In this document: in pieces, positions 15,274 through 29,249 of the stretch
Layout: each line of letters starts with the position of its first letter
Numbering within the stretch: the stretch's first letter is position 1
NCBI GenBank assembly: GCA_046318155.1
Contig: JBKCUU010000094.1
Span: 1-34,073, forward strand
Source of the DNA: Bdellovibrio sp.
GTDB lineage: Bacteria > Bdellovibrionota > Bdellovibrionia > Bdellovibrionales > Bdellovibrionaceae
DNA: 34,073 nt
Reading direction: 5' to 3'
Translations under genes and position numbers: made by a program
Notes under the pieces: generated by a model
What the model was told of the DNA's origin: nothing
Database searches by the model: none
What the model saw: the letters and a program-made list of their open reading frames with translations, nothing else

Positions 15274-16548
15274 CTAGGCGTGAGATTCAGCCATTGCCGC
15301 TGATATAAAAAGGCGTGGATCAATCTGATAGAGCCGCAACCGGTCATGCAGCGTACTCTTGGGCATGCCTAGATCCGAAGCCGTTCGTCGTTGGTTGCCT
15401 TTGTTGGCGGCCAGGCGTTTGATGATCATCTGTTTTTCGATCTCCTTGATGACGGGCAATTGACCTTCGACCGTCACGGGTGCCGGCTGCCCGTAGACTG
15501 CCGACTGCTTCAGTGAGTACGCATCGATAATTCGCTCAACGTGAGCCTCATCAATTTGTTGCTTGGGAAAAAACGCCGACGCTCGCGCCACTGTGTTTTT
15601 GAGTTCGCGAATGTTGCCAGGCCACGTGTGTTTTTTAAGGCGATTGATCGCGGCCAATGAAAAGCGAACTTTGTATTGCTTGGCAAAGCAGTACAGCAAC
15701 TCTTCAAAGTCTTCCATGCGGTCATTTAAGGCGGGAGGAGTCACCGAAATGACGCTCAAGCGAAAGTATAAGTCTTGGCGAAACTCTCCGCCCATGATTT
15801 TGTCTGATAAGTTCTGGTGAGTGGCGGCCAGAATTCGAACGTCAGTCGTGACCGTGCGGTCGCTTCCCACAGGACGGATCTCGTTGTTTTCGAGCGCGCG
15901 CAAGATTTTGGCTTGAAGGCCGTAAGGTAAATCACCGATTTCATCTAAAAACAAAGTCCCACCACGTGCGGCCTCGAAAGCGCCTTTGCGGTCATTGATA
16001 GCGCCGGTGAAGCTACCTTTGACGTGACCAAAGAGTTCACTCTCAACCAAAGTTTCTGTCAGCGCACTGCAATTCACCCGGATAAAGGGGCCACGAGCAC
16101 GGTTGGAGTTGGTGTGCAGGGCTTCGGCTAGAACTTCTTTGCCTGTTCCCGAGGGGCCTAAAAGCAAAACTGGAAATTCGCTGGCGGCGACATGCGACAA
16201 AAGACCCAATTGTGCGCTCCAGTTTTCATTTTTAGAATGAAGGCCGATGTCTTTATTTTCGGGAATTTTTGTGGCGAACGAAAACTCTTCATCGCCGATT
16301 TGAATCAGATCGCCATCCTGAAGAACAGCTTCAAGCACCCGGGCACCGTTCACAAAAGTGCCTGTTTGCGAACGGAGATCTCGGATCACATACTGAGTGT
16401 CCCGGGCTTCGATGCGCGCGTGGCGCTCCGAAATCTCTCCCGAGACCAGTTGTAAAGTACAGCTGAGTTCGGATCCGATGGTGGTCAGATCCTGCAACTG
16501 CAGGGTGCTTTGATTTTTGCCCAAAAGGTAAGCGACTTGTTTCGACAT
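15274..16548 (-). CDS. FHA-domain sigma54-dependent activator (FHA, AAA+, Fis-type HTH)
   Basis: [52 protein letters not shown] and a C-terminal HTH. GGAGG precedes ATG 16548. Confidence 0.93.
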   Translation of the reverse strand: MSKQVAYLLGKNQSTLQLQDLTTIGSELSCTLQLVSGEISERHARIEARDTQYVIRDLRSQTGTFVNGARVLEAVLQDGDLIQIGDEEFSFATKIPENKDIGLHSKNENWSAQLGLLSHVAASEFPVLLLGPSGTGKEVLAEALHTNSNRARGPFIRVNCSALTETLVESELFGHVKGSFTGAINDRKGAFEAARGGTLFLDEIGDLPYGLQAKILRALENNEIRPVGSDRTVTTDVRILAATHQNLSDKIMGGEFRQDLYFRLSVISVTPPALNDRMEDFEELLYCFAKQYKVRFSLAAINRLKKHTWPGNIRELKNTVARASAFFPKQQIDEAHVERIIDAYSLKQSAVYGQPAPVTVEGQLPVIKEIEKQMIIKRLAANKGNQRRTASDLGMPKSTLHDRLRLYQIDPRLFISAAMAESHA

Positions 16549-16659
16549 GATATCCTCCATGGCAGGGGATCATTACAATGTCCGTTCCGCTGCCGGATGG
16601 GTCCGAGATCCGCTCAAATCGATTTTAAGATGTGTTGGGCAGTGGGGTGGCCCGTTCTT

Positions 16660-16702
16660 GTCCGTGATTTTGGACGCGAGCGTCCGTGATTTTGGACGCG
16701 AG
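16660..16702. repeat. Perfect 21-bp direct repeat (22-bp period) in a divergent promoter region
   Basis: GTCCGTGATTTTGGACGCGAG at 16660-16680 and 16682-16702; each copy contains a GTCC-N8-GGAC dyad. Confidence 0.9.
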
Positions 16703-16781
16703 AGGCTTTGTGAGAAGATCAGTTGGCCATGATCAAGCACGGCTTGTCCTGGGTTCTGGATTTGGAGTAATGTCGTCGGTT

Positions 16782-17371
16782 ATGGCACTCGAAATTGAAT
16801 ATCTCAAAAGCGCTGTTTTTGCGCAGGACTTTCCCAAGGCCAATCGACCCGAAATTGCACTCGCCGGACGTTCGAACGCCGGTAAAAGTTCTTTTTTGAA
16901 TGCGATCTCAAAACGCCCGGTGGCGAAAGTGAGTCAAGAGCCTGGTAAAACTCGGTTGCTCAATTTTTTTGATGTCGGCAAATCGTACCGCATTGTCGAT
17001 ATGCCTGGTTATGGCTTCGCCAAACGAGCCCCCGCCGAAAAAGAATCTTGGGGGAAGATGATCGAAGATTACCTCGTTCACCGCGACACGTTGGCCGGCC
17101 TCATTCTAGTGATGGATATCAAGCGTGAGTGGACCGCGGATGAAGAGCTGCTCGCCGATTTGATGTGGAGCCGCACGCTGCCTTTTTGCATCGTCTTGAC
17201 CAAAGCGGATCAGCTCAAGCGCAACGAAATCGAAACCCGAATTCACAAGCTCCAAACGCAAGCGGGCCAAGATGCCATCTTTGCCGTTTCGAACGTAAAA
17301 AAAACGGGGACCGATGAAGTTGAAGATTATCTTTATAAAGAGTGGATCAAAAATTTTAAAAGGCCTGTGTC

Positions 17372-17375
<4 letters not shown>
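16782..17375 (+). CDS. engB: Ribosome biogenesis GTPase EngB/YihA/YsxC
   Basis: PEIALAGRSNAGKSS, PGKTRLLNFF, DMPGYGFA, TKAD. Start is ATG 16782 or 16770. Confidence 0.95.
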
Positions 17376-20873
<3,498 letters not shown>

Positions 20874-21081
20874 GCGCACAGAGTCCTCTGAAAAAAAGCT
20901 CGACAGATTGCCAGCGGTGATCCCTCGTTTTTAGATTCGTCCTTCTGCACACAATTAAGAAACATAATCGTTGTGCCGTGATGACGGGGGCTTGCTTCTT
21001 CTGCGACTTCTGTCTGGTTTCAGGTGTTTAGAAGAACCAAACATTAGCCAGCTGCCCGTGAACAGAAGAAAAATAGAGAAC

Positions 21082-21606
21082 ATGGCTCTTACCTTAAGTT
21101 CCGAGCTTTTGGCTCGGCTAAAAAAAATCCAGTGCTTGCTTCTGGACGTCGATGGCGTCTTGACGGATTGCCGCGTGTTCTTGGATTCAAATGGCGAGTG
21201 GAAACGAATGTTTAGTATTCGCGATGGTTACGGAATCGTCTTGATGAAAGAGTCAGGTTATCGACTGGGTGTCATGACCGGTTCAAAAGCCAAAGATATT
21301 CAAGAACGCGCACGAGTCTTAGGGCTTCACTATTTTCACGAAGGTTCGACCAATAAGCTTCCAGCCTTTGAGAGCATTCTCAAAGAGTCGGGACTGCGCC
21401 CAGAGCAAATTGCTTATATGGGCGACGATGATTTCGATATTCCAGTCTTGCGCGAGGTCGGCTTTGCCGCAACGGTGCCGGATGCCATGGAAAAAGTCCT
21501 CGAAAGTGTTCATTACGTTTCGGCTCGTCCAGGTGGCAACGGGGCGGTCCGCGAAATTTGCGAATTGATTTTGAAATACGGTGCCTTTTCGAAAGGTCAT
21601 TCATGA
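21082..21606 (+). CDS. kdsC: KDO-8-phosphate phosphatase (HAD)
   Basis: LDVDGVLTD, FSIRDGYGI, AYMGDDDFD, GGNGAVREICELIL. ATG 21082. Confidence 0.95.
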   Translation: MALTLSSELLARLKKIQCLLLDVDGVLTDCRVFLDSNGEWKRMFSIRDGYGIVLMKESGYRLGVMTGSKAKDIQERARVLGLHYFHEGSTNKLPAFESILKESGLRPEQIAYMGDDDFDIPVLREVGFAATVPDAMEKVLESVHYVSARPGGNGAVREICELILKYGAFSKGHS

Positions 21607-22325
21607 TGAAAAAACTCGTTCTCGTTATGGGTTTGCTTCTGTTAACAGGAGCCCAGCAATCCTTAGCGGCCGACTCGGTGGATATTCCCGAAGAGGAGTT
21701 GGCGCGCGAGTCGGTTCTTCCTCGGTTTGATCGTCCCGATAACGTCAAGAACCGAAACGTCGTGACAGAGAAGAAAGTCGAATTCGGTGCTTACGTCGGT
21801 TCGAACTTTACCGAGCCCATCTACAACCAAATGAAGTTTGGATTTAACCTTGGATATCATTGGAGTGAAGACGCCTCGATCATGGTGAACTTTGCCAAAT
21901 GGATGGACGGCCGTAATTCACAGTACGTTCCTGGTATCGAGCAAAAAGGAAATCTCGATTTCTCCAGGGCTCCGAATTTGGAATACTCGATGTGGGGAAA
22001 CTACGAGCTTAAAACCTATTACGGAAAGATTTCACTGACGAAGCAAGGTGTGATGAATTTGTCGGTTTACCCGATTATGGGCGTTGGTGTGACAAAATAC
22101 ACGCACAAGATGTACCCGGGAGTTAACGGTGGAATCGGCCAAAAGTTTTACTTTGGCAAGTCATTGGCTCTTCGGATTGATTTTAAGCTTCAGTACCAAC
22201 AAGGACCCAGCCCCTTCTTGAAAGGGGGACTTGCTAAAAGCCAAGCCGCGCCGGATGCAGGCGACTTCGAGGATAAGTTCCGTCTCGACAACGTGATGGA
22301 CATTGGATTGAGTTACTTGTTCTAA
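21603..22325 (+). CDS. Outer-membrane beta-barrel, GltA/GltB-like
   Basis: Signal peptide; VKNR..., GYHWSE, YYGKISL, GIGQKFY and terminal LSYLF. ATGA overlap with the kdsC stop. Confidence 0.8.
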   Translation: MMKKLVLVMGLLLLTGAQQSLAADSVDIPEEELARESVLPRFDRPDNVKNRNVVTEKKVEFGAYVGSNFTEPIYNQMKFGFNLGYHWSEDASIMVNFAKWMDGRNSQYVPGIEQKGNLDFSRAPNLEYSMWGNYELKTYYGKISLTKQGVMNLSVYPIMGVGVTKYTHKMYPGVNGGIGQKFYFGKSLALRIDFKLQYQQGPSPFLKGGLAKSQAAPDAGDFEDKFRLDNVMDIGLSYLF

Positions 22326-22341
22326 GAAAGGAACGAGTTTT

Positions 22342-23175
22342 ATGCAGCGACATTTGACAACTTTGTTCTCGAAATTTTGCATGGCCTTCGTTTTGGTGAG
22401 CTTCACGAGTTTGGCTTGGGCTCAAGACCAGGCGCCAGTTGATGAGAGCGTGACAGACCTTGATCAGATCGAAGCCGAAATCGAACGGGGAGCGCCTTCA
22501 GAAAAAGCGAAGGAAGCCAATCAGGCAGAGCCTCCTCCAGCAACCTCGGACCCCAAAACATTGTCTGATCTGGGCAAACTCGCACCATTTTCGGAAGTCA
22601 CGGTTTTGCAAAAACGCTTTCAACCCAAAACGGAACGGTTCCAAGCAGCTTTTGGTTTGGGTGGAATAACGAATGACCCTTGGTTCAACGGACTGGGTGG
22701 ATCACTCCGCCTTGGGTATCACTTTTCAGAAACCTTAGGGGTTGAAGGCACATATACGTTTCTTTCAAATTCCGAGCGTGACTCGGCTAAAGACCTTTTT
22801 GCGAACAATGCGGTCAGCACGAGCTCGATTGTCGCAACGAAAGGATATCTGGGCGCGGATGTGATTTGGTCACCCATCTACGGAAAGATGAGTCTCTTTA
22901 ACAAGCGCATCATTCCTTTCGACATGTACTTTACCGGTGGCTTAGGGCAGTCCGAAGTCGACGGCGCGACGTCCAAAAGCTTGATGACGATCCATATGGG
23001 GACCGGACAAGTTTTTGCGCTGACCAAGTCTTGGGGTTTTCGCTGGGACTTTTCTTGGAACACGTTTGCGGCCAAGCAGGTTGATACTGCCGGCAAACAG
23101 TCGACGACTCAGTTCAACAATTTGATTCTGACCCTTGGGGCCAGTTTCTTCTTTCCGGAGGTTAAATACCGATGA
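22342..23175 (+). CDS. Second outer-membrane beta-barrel, GltA/GltB-like
   Basis: Signal peptide; VLQKRF, NDPWF, GYHFSE, WSPIYGKMSL, FDMYFTGGLG, GASFFFP. A paralog of the preceding gene. Confidence 0.82.
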   Translation: MQRHLTTLFSKFCMAFVLVSFTSLAWAQDQAPVDESVTDLDQIEAEIERGAPSEKAKEANQAEPPPATSDPKTLSDLGKLAPFSEVTVLQKRFQPKTERFQAAFGLGGITNDPWFNGLGGSLRLGYHFSETLGVEGTYTFLSNSERDSAKDLFANNAVSTSSIVATKGYLGADVIWSPIYGKMSLFNKRIIPFDMYFTGGLGQSEVDGATSKSLMTIHMGTGQVFALTKSWGFRWDFSWNTFAAKQVDTAGKQSTTQFNNLILTLGASFFFPEVKYR

Positions 23176-24830
23176 GGAACCCCAGTCGATATCTACTCTT
23201 GGTCTTGATCGCTCTCTCTGTGACCAGTGCTCAATCGCAGAACGTCAAAAAAAAGACACCCGCGGCGAAACCCGCAGCGCTGCGGGTACTCAAAGTTCAA
23301 AAACCGGCGACTCAAAGTCGTCCGGCAACTCCCATGCTGCAGGCTATTCAGCGAACGCAAAAGACGCAGTCACCGACATCGTATTTGCAGCAGCAGCTTA
23401 ACGCCGCACTCGCACAGGTGCGGGCAGGCCAGTATCAGCAGGCGGCGCCGACGCTTTACACGCTTTCAAGACGCAATGAACTACAAAATGAACGCATGCA
23501 GATAAAGTACATTTTGGGTGTCGCGCTAAGTGAAATGAAGCTTTATCAAACGGCTGCGTTTCAGTTTGTTGATGTGATTCGAAACGGCGGAAGTAAGTAT
23601 GTTCGTCAATCGATTGACCGTCTGTCGATCGCAGCGGATGCCTTGGGAGATGATACGCTCTTGAATTATGCGATTTCTAAAGTTCGCATCGATGAGTTTC
23701 CGCAAAATCAAAAAGACGTGGTCTATTATCGCTTAGGTGAGATCAAACTTAGAAATGGACAGTACGCTGAAGCCGGCGACCTGTTCTCTCGTGTCAGTTC
23801 GAACAGCCGCTATGCGGCCAACGCGCGCTTCAATCGGGGTCTTGCAAAGCTTGAAAGCAATCAGCCTCAAGAAGCCTTGCAGTTGTTCCAAAGCTTGCAG
23901 AACTCGCGAGCCAAAGCGTCGGTCACGGACACAAACCGCGTGGCTTCACAGATGGCCATCGCCCGCACTTACTATCAAATGCAGGATTGGGACAAGGCCA
24001 TGGAGGCTTACCGCGAGATTCCTCGTGACTCTGAGTACTGGCATGATGCTTTGTTTGAGTCCAGCTGGGCACAGCTCAGGTCTGCCAAATTTCGCTCAAC
24101 CTTGAGCAACTTGCAGTCGCTCCACTCGGCGTTCTACGAAGATTCATTCATCCCCGAAAGCTTGCTCGTTCGCTCGATCGTTTATCTTTACATTTGTAAG
24201 TTTGATGAGACCGAGAAGACTCTCAACTTGTTTGAGGCTCAGTACAGCCCTGTTCGATCGCAACTGGGCCGCTTTCTGGATACAACCCGCGAGCCCCTGG
24301 CTTACTTTCAGGAGATCGAAAAAGCTTACTACATCCGCAAGGACAAGAAGCCCAATCAAGGCATGCGTCTTCCCTACATGGTTGCACGTGCGGTCCTGGA
24401 TGAAGGTAACGTCAAGCGATCATTTGGCTACTTGAAAGCACTGAATGATGAAAAAAGCCGGATTGAGGCGATTCCAAATATTGCGCGCTCACCATTGGGT
24501 ATCTACGCGATGAAGGTATTGGCAAGCCGATTCAAAAACTCGAAAGTATCAACGGGCGAGCAGGTCCGGTCGCACTTGCTGACCATGCGTAAAAATCTGA
24601 ACGACTTTTTTGAGCAAGCCAGCTTTGTTCGTTACGAGATGATCAATGGCAAAAAAGAACTTCTTAAGAAGAAGATCGCGGGTAAACAAGCGCCAAGCGC
24701 GCAAATTGATGAAAACATGGATCGCAAGTTTTACACACAAAATGGCTATGAGTATTGGCCTTTTGATGGCGAATACTGGCTCGATGAAATCGGAAACTAC
24801 CATTACCTCGGTCAACAGAGTTGTGAGTAA
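23172..24830 (+). CDS. gltC: Periplasmic TPR protein, GltC-like
   Basis: Signal peptide, TPRs, ALFESSWA, and C-terminal YEYWPFDGEYWLDEIGNY...C typical of GltC-family proteins. Confidence 0.75.
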   Translation: MRNPSRYLLLVLIALSVTSAQSQNVKKKTPAAKPAALRVLKVQKPATQSRPATPMLQAIQRTQKTQSPTSYLQQQLNAALAQVRAGQYQQAAPTLYTLSRRNELQNERMQIKYILGVALSEMKLYQTAAFQFVDVIRNGGSKYVRQSIDRLSIAADALGDDTLLNYAISKVRIDEFPQNQKDVVYYRLGEIKLRNGQYAEAGDLFSRVSSNSRYAANARFNRGLAKLESNQPQEALQLFQSLQNSRAKASVTDTNRVASQMAIARTYYQMQDWDKAMEAYREIPRDSEYWHDALFESSWAQLRSAKFRSTLSNLQSLHSAFYEDSFIPESLLVRSIVYLYICKFDETEKTLNLFEAQYSPVRSQLGRFLDTTREPLAYFQEIEKAYYIRKDKKPNQGMRLPYMVARAVLDEGNVKRSFGYLKALNDEKSRIEAIPNIARSPLGIYAMKVLASRFKNSKVSTGEQVRSHLLTMRKNLNDFFEQASFVRYEMINGKKELLKKKIAGKQAPSAQIDENMDRKFYTQNGYEYWPFDGEYWLDEIGNYHYLGQQSCE

Positions 24831-24833
24831 ACT

Positions 24834-27800
24834 ATGAAGAAATTGGTATTGATCAGTTTGAGTGTATGTTTGTCGGCGGGGCCCGTGGCCGTGGCTGCGC
24901 CTGCAAAAAACAAGACCTCAAAGTCCTCAAGTTCGGCAAAGAAAGAGTCCCGCAAAAAAACGGTCGGAGAGATGCTCAGGTCTGCCGACCGCGGGTCGGG
25001 CTTTAGTTTGCAGAAGAAAACAACTGATCTGCCAACGTTCTCGAATAGTCTTTTCGAAAAATCCCAAAAAGAAGCTCCTCAAGTGAATTTGGGTCAAGTA
25101 AAGCCCCCGAGATCATCGACCTTTTTTCAGGATCCCAATGATGACAAATCAAAACTGGAGATGATCACAGATCAGCAGATCCAAGAGCTTTACAAGCTAA
25201 CTCAAAAATTTAAGAGCAGCCCCAATCGTGGTGAACTCTGGCTACGCCTTGCTGAGTTGTACGTCGAGAAATCGGGCTTCATCGACTTTAGAAAGCAAGC
25301 GGCTTACGATACACAGCTCAAAGACTTTCAAGATGGCAAAGCAAAGGTTAAACCGCGTTTGGATTTACGTGATGCCCATGAGTACAACAAAAAAGCGATT
25401 CAACTGTACGAGTGGTTCGCGCGTGACTTTCCTAAAGATTCTAAAATGGATCAGGCTTTGTTCTTCTTGGGTTACAACTACTACGAGCTTGGCGATACAA
25501 AAAAAGGAACTGCATTTTACACCCGCCTGACCAAGGAGTACCCTCGCAGCGTCTATATTTTTGAATCTAACTTTGCGCTTGCCGAGTTCTACTTTGAAAA
25601 TGAGAAGTGGGAGACGGCACTCGGGTATTACCTGAATGTGACTCGAAGTAAGCGTCATCGCCTGTATACGTTCTCGCTTTACAAAGTTGCTTGGTGTTAC
25701 TTTCGCTCGGGAGATTCAAAGAAAGCTTTAGTCACGCTTGAAAACTTGATCCGCGAAACAAGAGAGAATCAAGCGCAAGGAGACCGCGACAAAAAACAAG
25801 TCAGCAAGGTTAAGCTCGAAAATGAGGGCTTACGTGATATCGTTTTGTTCTACTCTGAAATTGGCGATCCTAAAAAAGCGCCTAGTTACTTTCAGTCGCT
25901 GACGGGATCTGAAGCCAATACGTACCTTGAAAAACTTGCTTATTTTTATGCTGATCGCGGAAACCGGGAGGGCGCGCGCTCCCTGTTTAACTACTTGATC
26001 GGACAAAACCAGGTTTCTCCGAAGGCTTTCGATTACAAATATCAAATCGTTAAAGCCTATTCGAACGCCAATAAGACTCGGGAGTTTCGCGAAGAGCTGT
26101 ACGCTTGGGTTCGTGACTTCGGAACTGGTAGCGCTTGGTACCAGGCAAACAAGGGTAAGGGCGAGTTGATGGAAAACTCGGAGAAACTGCGCGAGCAAAC
26201 TTTGCGCACTTGGGTTTTGCAACAGCATCAGGCCGCGCAGAATTCACGAGCACCGTTTTCGCAAAATCTGGCGTTCGAAGGCTACAAACTCTACATCGCT
26301 GAATTTCCGAAGCACCCGGTGACTCCTGATATGCACTTCTATTTTGGTGAGCTCTTGTACGATATGGGCCGCTACGATGACGCCGGAACTCAGTACCGCT
26401 GGGTTGTCGAGAATGGCGCGGGTAGTAAGTTTTTCGGCAAGGCTTCTGAGAATACCGTCTTGGCCCTTGAGCGTAACATTCCGAAAGACGAAGAAATCTC
26501 GGCAAAAGTAGGAAAGTCGATCGATCCCGTTCAGCTTGATTCCAAGGTTGACCGGTTCGTTCAGGCAGGACTGTGGTACACGAACAAGTTTCCTCAAGGT
26601 GAGAAAACTCCCGAGATCCGATTTCGAATTGGACGATTGTATTATCAGCACAATCAGTTCGACCAAGCGATGCCGTACTTTAAAGAGATTATTCAAAAGT
26701 ACCCAAAGACAAAGTACGCCGAATATTCGGCCAACTTGCTCTTGGACATCTTCAACTTGAAAAAGGACTACGCCGGACTTGAAAAGACCGGAAACGAACT
26801 CTTGGCGGTTCCTTCGATTGCAAATTCGTCAGCCGGTGCTGATATCCGCAATGTTCTTGAGAGAGCAAATTTTAAGAAAGCTCAAGATCTTGAAGGTTCA
26901 AAGGATTACGCTAAGAGCGCTGATGCCTTTGAAGCCTTCGCGCGCCAAAATCCAAAATCAGACTTAGCCACAACCGCGATGTTCAATGCGGCCATCAACC
27001 ACGAGCGAGCGGGGCGTGCAAGCAAAGCACTTGCTGCACACGCGGTGGTTCTTAAAGTCGACGACAAAAAAGCAGAATCCCTCAAGGCAAAGTCGCGCCG
27101 GATCGTGGCTAAACTTTACCAGGATTCAGGTCAGCTTGAAGAAGCGGCTAAGGCTTATCAAGATTCGGCTAAAGAAGCGGGCAATGATCCGCTGGCGCCA
27201 AACCTGTTCTTCAATGCGGCCGTCTTGGACGAAACACTCGGGAAGAACAACAGCGCCATTCAAAACTACGATGTTTATTATCAAAAATCAAAAAAATCAG
27301 ATCGCAGCGAGGCTTTGTTTTCAATCGCAACACTCCACCGAAAAGGCAATCGCTTGTCAGCCGCTGTGGATAAGTACAAGGATTACGTGAATATGGGCGG
27401 CGGCACTCAAGAAAAAAATGTCGAGAGCGCGCATTGGATTTATGAAATCTCGAAAAAACTCCGCCGTCCTGCTGACGTGGAGGAGTGGCGTCAAAAGACA
27501 TTGGGTCTTCAGGCTCGCTACGCTCCCAATAAAAAAGGTGTCGGCGCAAAATACGCGGCTCAAATTAAACTGGAAGACGCACAAGAGACTTTCCGCGAGT
27601 TTAAACGCATCAACTTGAATAACGTCCAAAAGCTCAAGATCTTATCAGACATGAAGATTTCGCAGCTCACGAAGCTGAACGCTCAATTGAGCGAAGTGAT
27701 CAAGTACGACTCGCCTGAAGAGATCGTCGGCGCCCTCAAAATGCTGGGAGAAGCCAATCTTCTGATGGGAGAGTCTTTTGTGAATGCTCCTTTGCCGCGG

Positions 27801-28043
27801 GAGCTGAAACTTCCTGAAGAAGTTGCTCAGTACAAGGCTGGCGTTCAAAAAATCGCGGATCCATTCTTGGCCAAGGCTAAAGATTTACTCAAGTCGGCCG
27901 TTGAGCGCGGAAATGAGTTTGAGGCCTACGGTGAAGATTACCGACAGGCGCGTGCTTTGGTTGGTAAATTGGACCCAAAACTGTTTTATGACGGCGGCGA
28001 GGAGCCCATTTCAGTGCGCCAGCCCAATTGGATGGGATTATGA
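24834..28043 (+). CDS. gltD: Large periplasmic TPR protein, GltD/AgmU-like
   Basis: Signal peptide; LRLAELYVE, DQALFFLGY, LYKVAWCYF, FYFGELLY, SANLLLDIFN; 1069 aa; expected cluster position. Confidence 0.75.
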   Translation: MKKLVLISLSVCLSAGPVAVAAPAKNKTSKSSSSAKKESRKKTVGEMLRSADRGSGFSLQKKTTDLPTFSNSLFEKSQKEAPQVNLGQVKPPRSSTFFQDPNDDKSKLEMITDQQIQELYKLTQKFKSSPNRGELWLRLAELYVEKSGFIDFRKQAAYDTQLKDFQDGKAKVKPRLDLRDAHEYNKKAIQLYEWFARDFPKDSKMDQALFFLGYNYYELGDTKKGTAFYTRLTKEYPRSVYIFESNFALAEFYFENEKWETALGYYLNVTRSKRHRLYTFSLYKVAWCYFRSGDSKKALVTLENLIRETRENQAQGDRDKKQVSKVKLENEGLRDIVLFYSEIGDPKKAPSYFQSLTGSEANTYLEKLAYFYADRGNREGARSLFNYLIGQNQVSPKAFDYKYQIVKAYSNANKTREFREELYAWVRDFGTGSAWYQANKGKGELMENSEKLREQTLRTWVLQQHQAAQNSRAPFSQNLAFEGYKLYIAEFPKHPVTPDMHFYFGELLYDMGRYDDAGTQYRWVVENGAGSKFFGKASENTVLALERNIPKDEEISAKVGKSIDPVQLDSKVDRFVQAGLWYTNKFPQGEKTPEIRFRIGRLYYQHNQFDQAMPYFKEIIQKYPKTKYAEYSANLLLDIFNLKKDYAGLEKTGNELLAVPSIANSSAGADIRNVLERANFKKAQDLEGSKDYAKSADAFEAFARQNPKSDLATTAMFNAAINHERAGRASKALAAHAVVLKVDDKKAESLKAKSRRIVAKLYQDSGQLEEAAKAYQDSAKEAGNDPLAPNLFFNAAVLDETLGKNNSAIQNYDVYYQKSKKSDRSEALFSIATLHRKGNRLSAAVDKYKDYVNMGGGTQEKNVESAHWIYEISKKLRRPADVEEWRQKTLGLQARYAPNKKGVGAKYAAQIKLEDAQETFREFKRINLNNVQKLKILSDMKISQLTKLNAQLSEVIKYDSPEEIVGALKMLGEANLLMGESFVNAPLPRELKLPEEVAQYKAGVQKIADPFLAKAKDLLKSAVERGNEFEAYGEDYRQARALVGKLDPKLFYDGGEEPISVRQPNWMGL

Positions 28044-28900
28044 GTATGATCAAAGGCCCATGGATTTTAGTTCCACTCGTTGCCCTGTTGACTTCTTGCG
28101 GATCAAGTCCCAAGCAAGAAGAACGTTCCGATGGCCTTGATGACGACTCGATTGTTCTTGAAGCGGCGCCGGCCACCAAGCCCGTCGATGCCGTGAGCGA
28201 GAAAGCGCCCGAGGTCAAACGTGAAACGCCCAAGGATGCTTACTCTCCTTTGGCTGACGCGTATAAGAGTCAGAATGAAGAAGGGATTTACCGTTCAGCG
28301 ATCGCCATCTTGTCACAAAATCCGGCGGACGTTAAGGCGCTGAACGCCTTGGGCCTGTACCATTACCGCAAAGCGCGATTTTTAGCGGCACGGTATTTTT
28401 TTAGCCGAGCCCAAGTTCAGAGCCCACGATCTTCAGAGCTCTACAACAACCAAGGTTTGGTCTCATTAGCACTCGGCGAAAATCGGGATGCAATCCGCGC
28501 CTTCAAAAAGGCTCTCGAGTTAAATCCCAATGATGGAATCGCCGCAGCAAACTTGGGCTCGATCTACGTCCAGGAAAAAGATTATTACAAAGCCATCTTT
28601 CCGCTCGAGATCGCCGTAAAAAAAGGCATGCGTGAAACTCGAACTCTGACAAATTATGCGATCGCTTGCGTGGGTACCGGAAAGTACGACACCGCAAATG
28701 CCGCACTAGAAGAGGCACTCGAGCAAAACTCAAATAATAAGGAAGCCCTCTTTGCATTGGCAAAATTGCAGATCTCCCACATGAAACAATACAAAGAAGG
28801 GCAGGGTCATTTGGACCGGCTCAAGTTCCTTAGTCCAGCACAGGAAATGAGAAACAGAATGAATACCTTGGAAAACGAGGCAAAAGCTGGAATACAATAG
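28040..28900 (+). CDS. gltE: TPR lipoprotein, GltE/AglT-like
   Basis: Lipobox LTS-C; TPRs (ALNALG, YNNQG, AANLG); ATGA overlap with the upstream stop. Confidence 0.72.
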   Translation: MSMIKGPWILVPLVALLTSCGSSPKQEERSDGLDDDSIVLEAAPATKPVDAVSEKAPEVKRETPKDAYSPLADAYKSQNEEGIYRSAIAILSQNPADVKALNALGLYHYRKARFLAARYFFSRAQVQSPRSSELYNNQGLVSLALGENRDAIRAFKKALELNPNDGIAAANLGSIYVQEKDYYKAIFPLEIAVKKGMRETRTLTNYAIACVGTGKYDTANAALEEALEQNSNNKEALFALAKLQISHMKQYKEGQGHLDRLKFLSPAQEMRNRMNTLENEAKAGIQ

Positions 28901-28922
28901 GGAAAGGCCAAGGAACGGCAAC

Positions 28923-29249
28923 ATGAAATTTCATCTTCGTCACATCTTAACCAAGTTGTTGCTCACGGTAGCGGTGTTCACTCTTTTTTCTATGATAACC
29001 ACTGCGCGCGCGCAAACGACAACGACGTCACCGACTTCAAATGCAACCGTCGTGAGCAAAAAAGAAAAAAAGACGAGCCTGAATTTCGAAGATGAGCTGG
29101 TCGAAGGAGCCACGACCAAGCCTGAACTATTTTACCTTTTTCAGAAGAAGAACTTCAATTACAAGCGTTTGATCCGCTTGCGTGAGAATTTTTTGCCTGA
29201 GATGAGAAAAACATCTGAGGACATCAGCCGCGCTCGGAGTTCAAATTGA
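28923..29249 (+). CDS. gltF: Small exported protein, GltF-like
   Basis: Signal peptide; LNFEDELVEGATTKPE...LIRLRENFLPEM resembles the GltF signature; lies between gltE- and gltG-like genes. Confidence 0.7.
   Translation: MKFHLRHILTKLLLTVAVFTLFSMITTARAQTTTTSPTSNATVVSKKEKKTSLNFEDELVEGATTKPELFYLFQKKNFNYKRLIRLRENFLPEMRKTSEDISRARSSN

Noticed and set aside
16686..16781. ORF-track N-terminal extensions of engB (likewise kdsC from 20971 and the FliL-like gene from 14124)
   Set aside because: They read through promoter or repeat DNA or overlap the divergent gene; downstream starts fit better.
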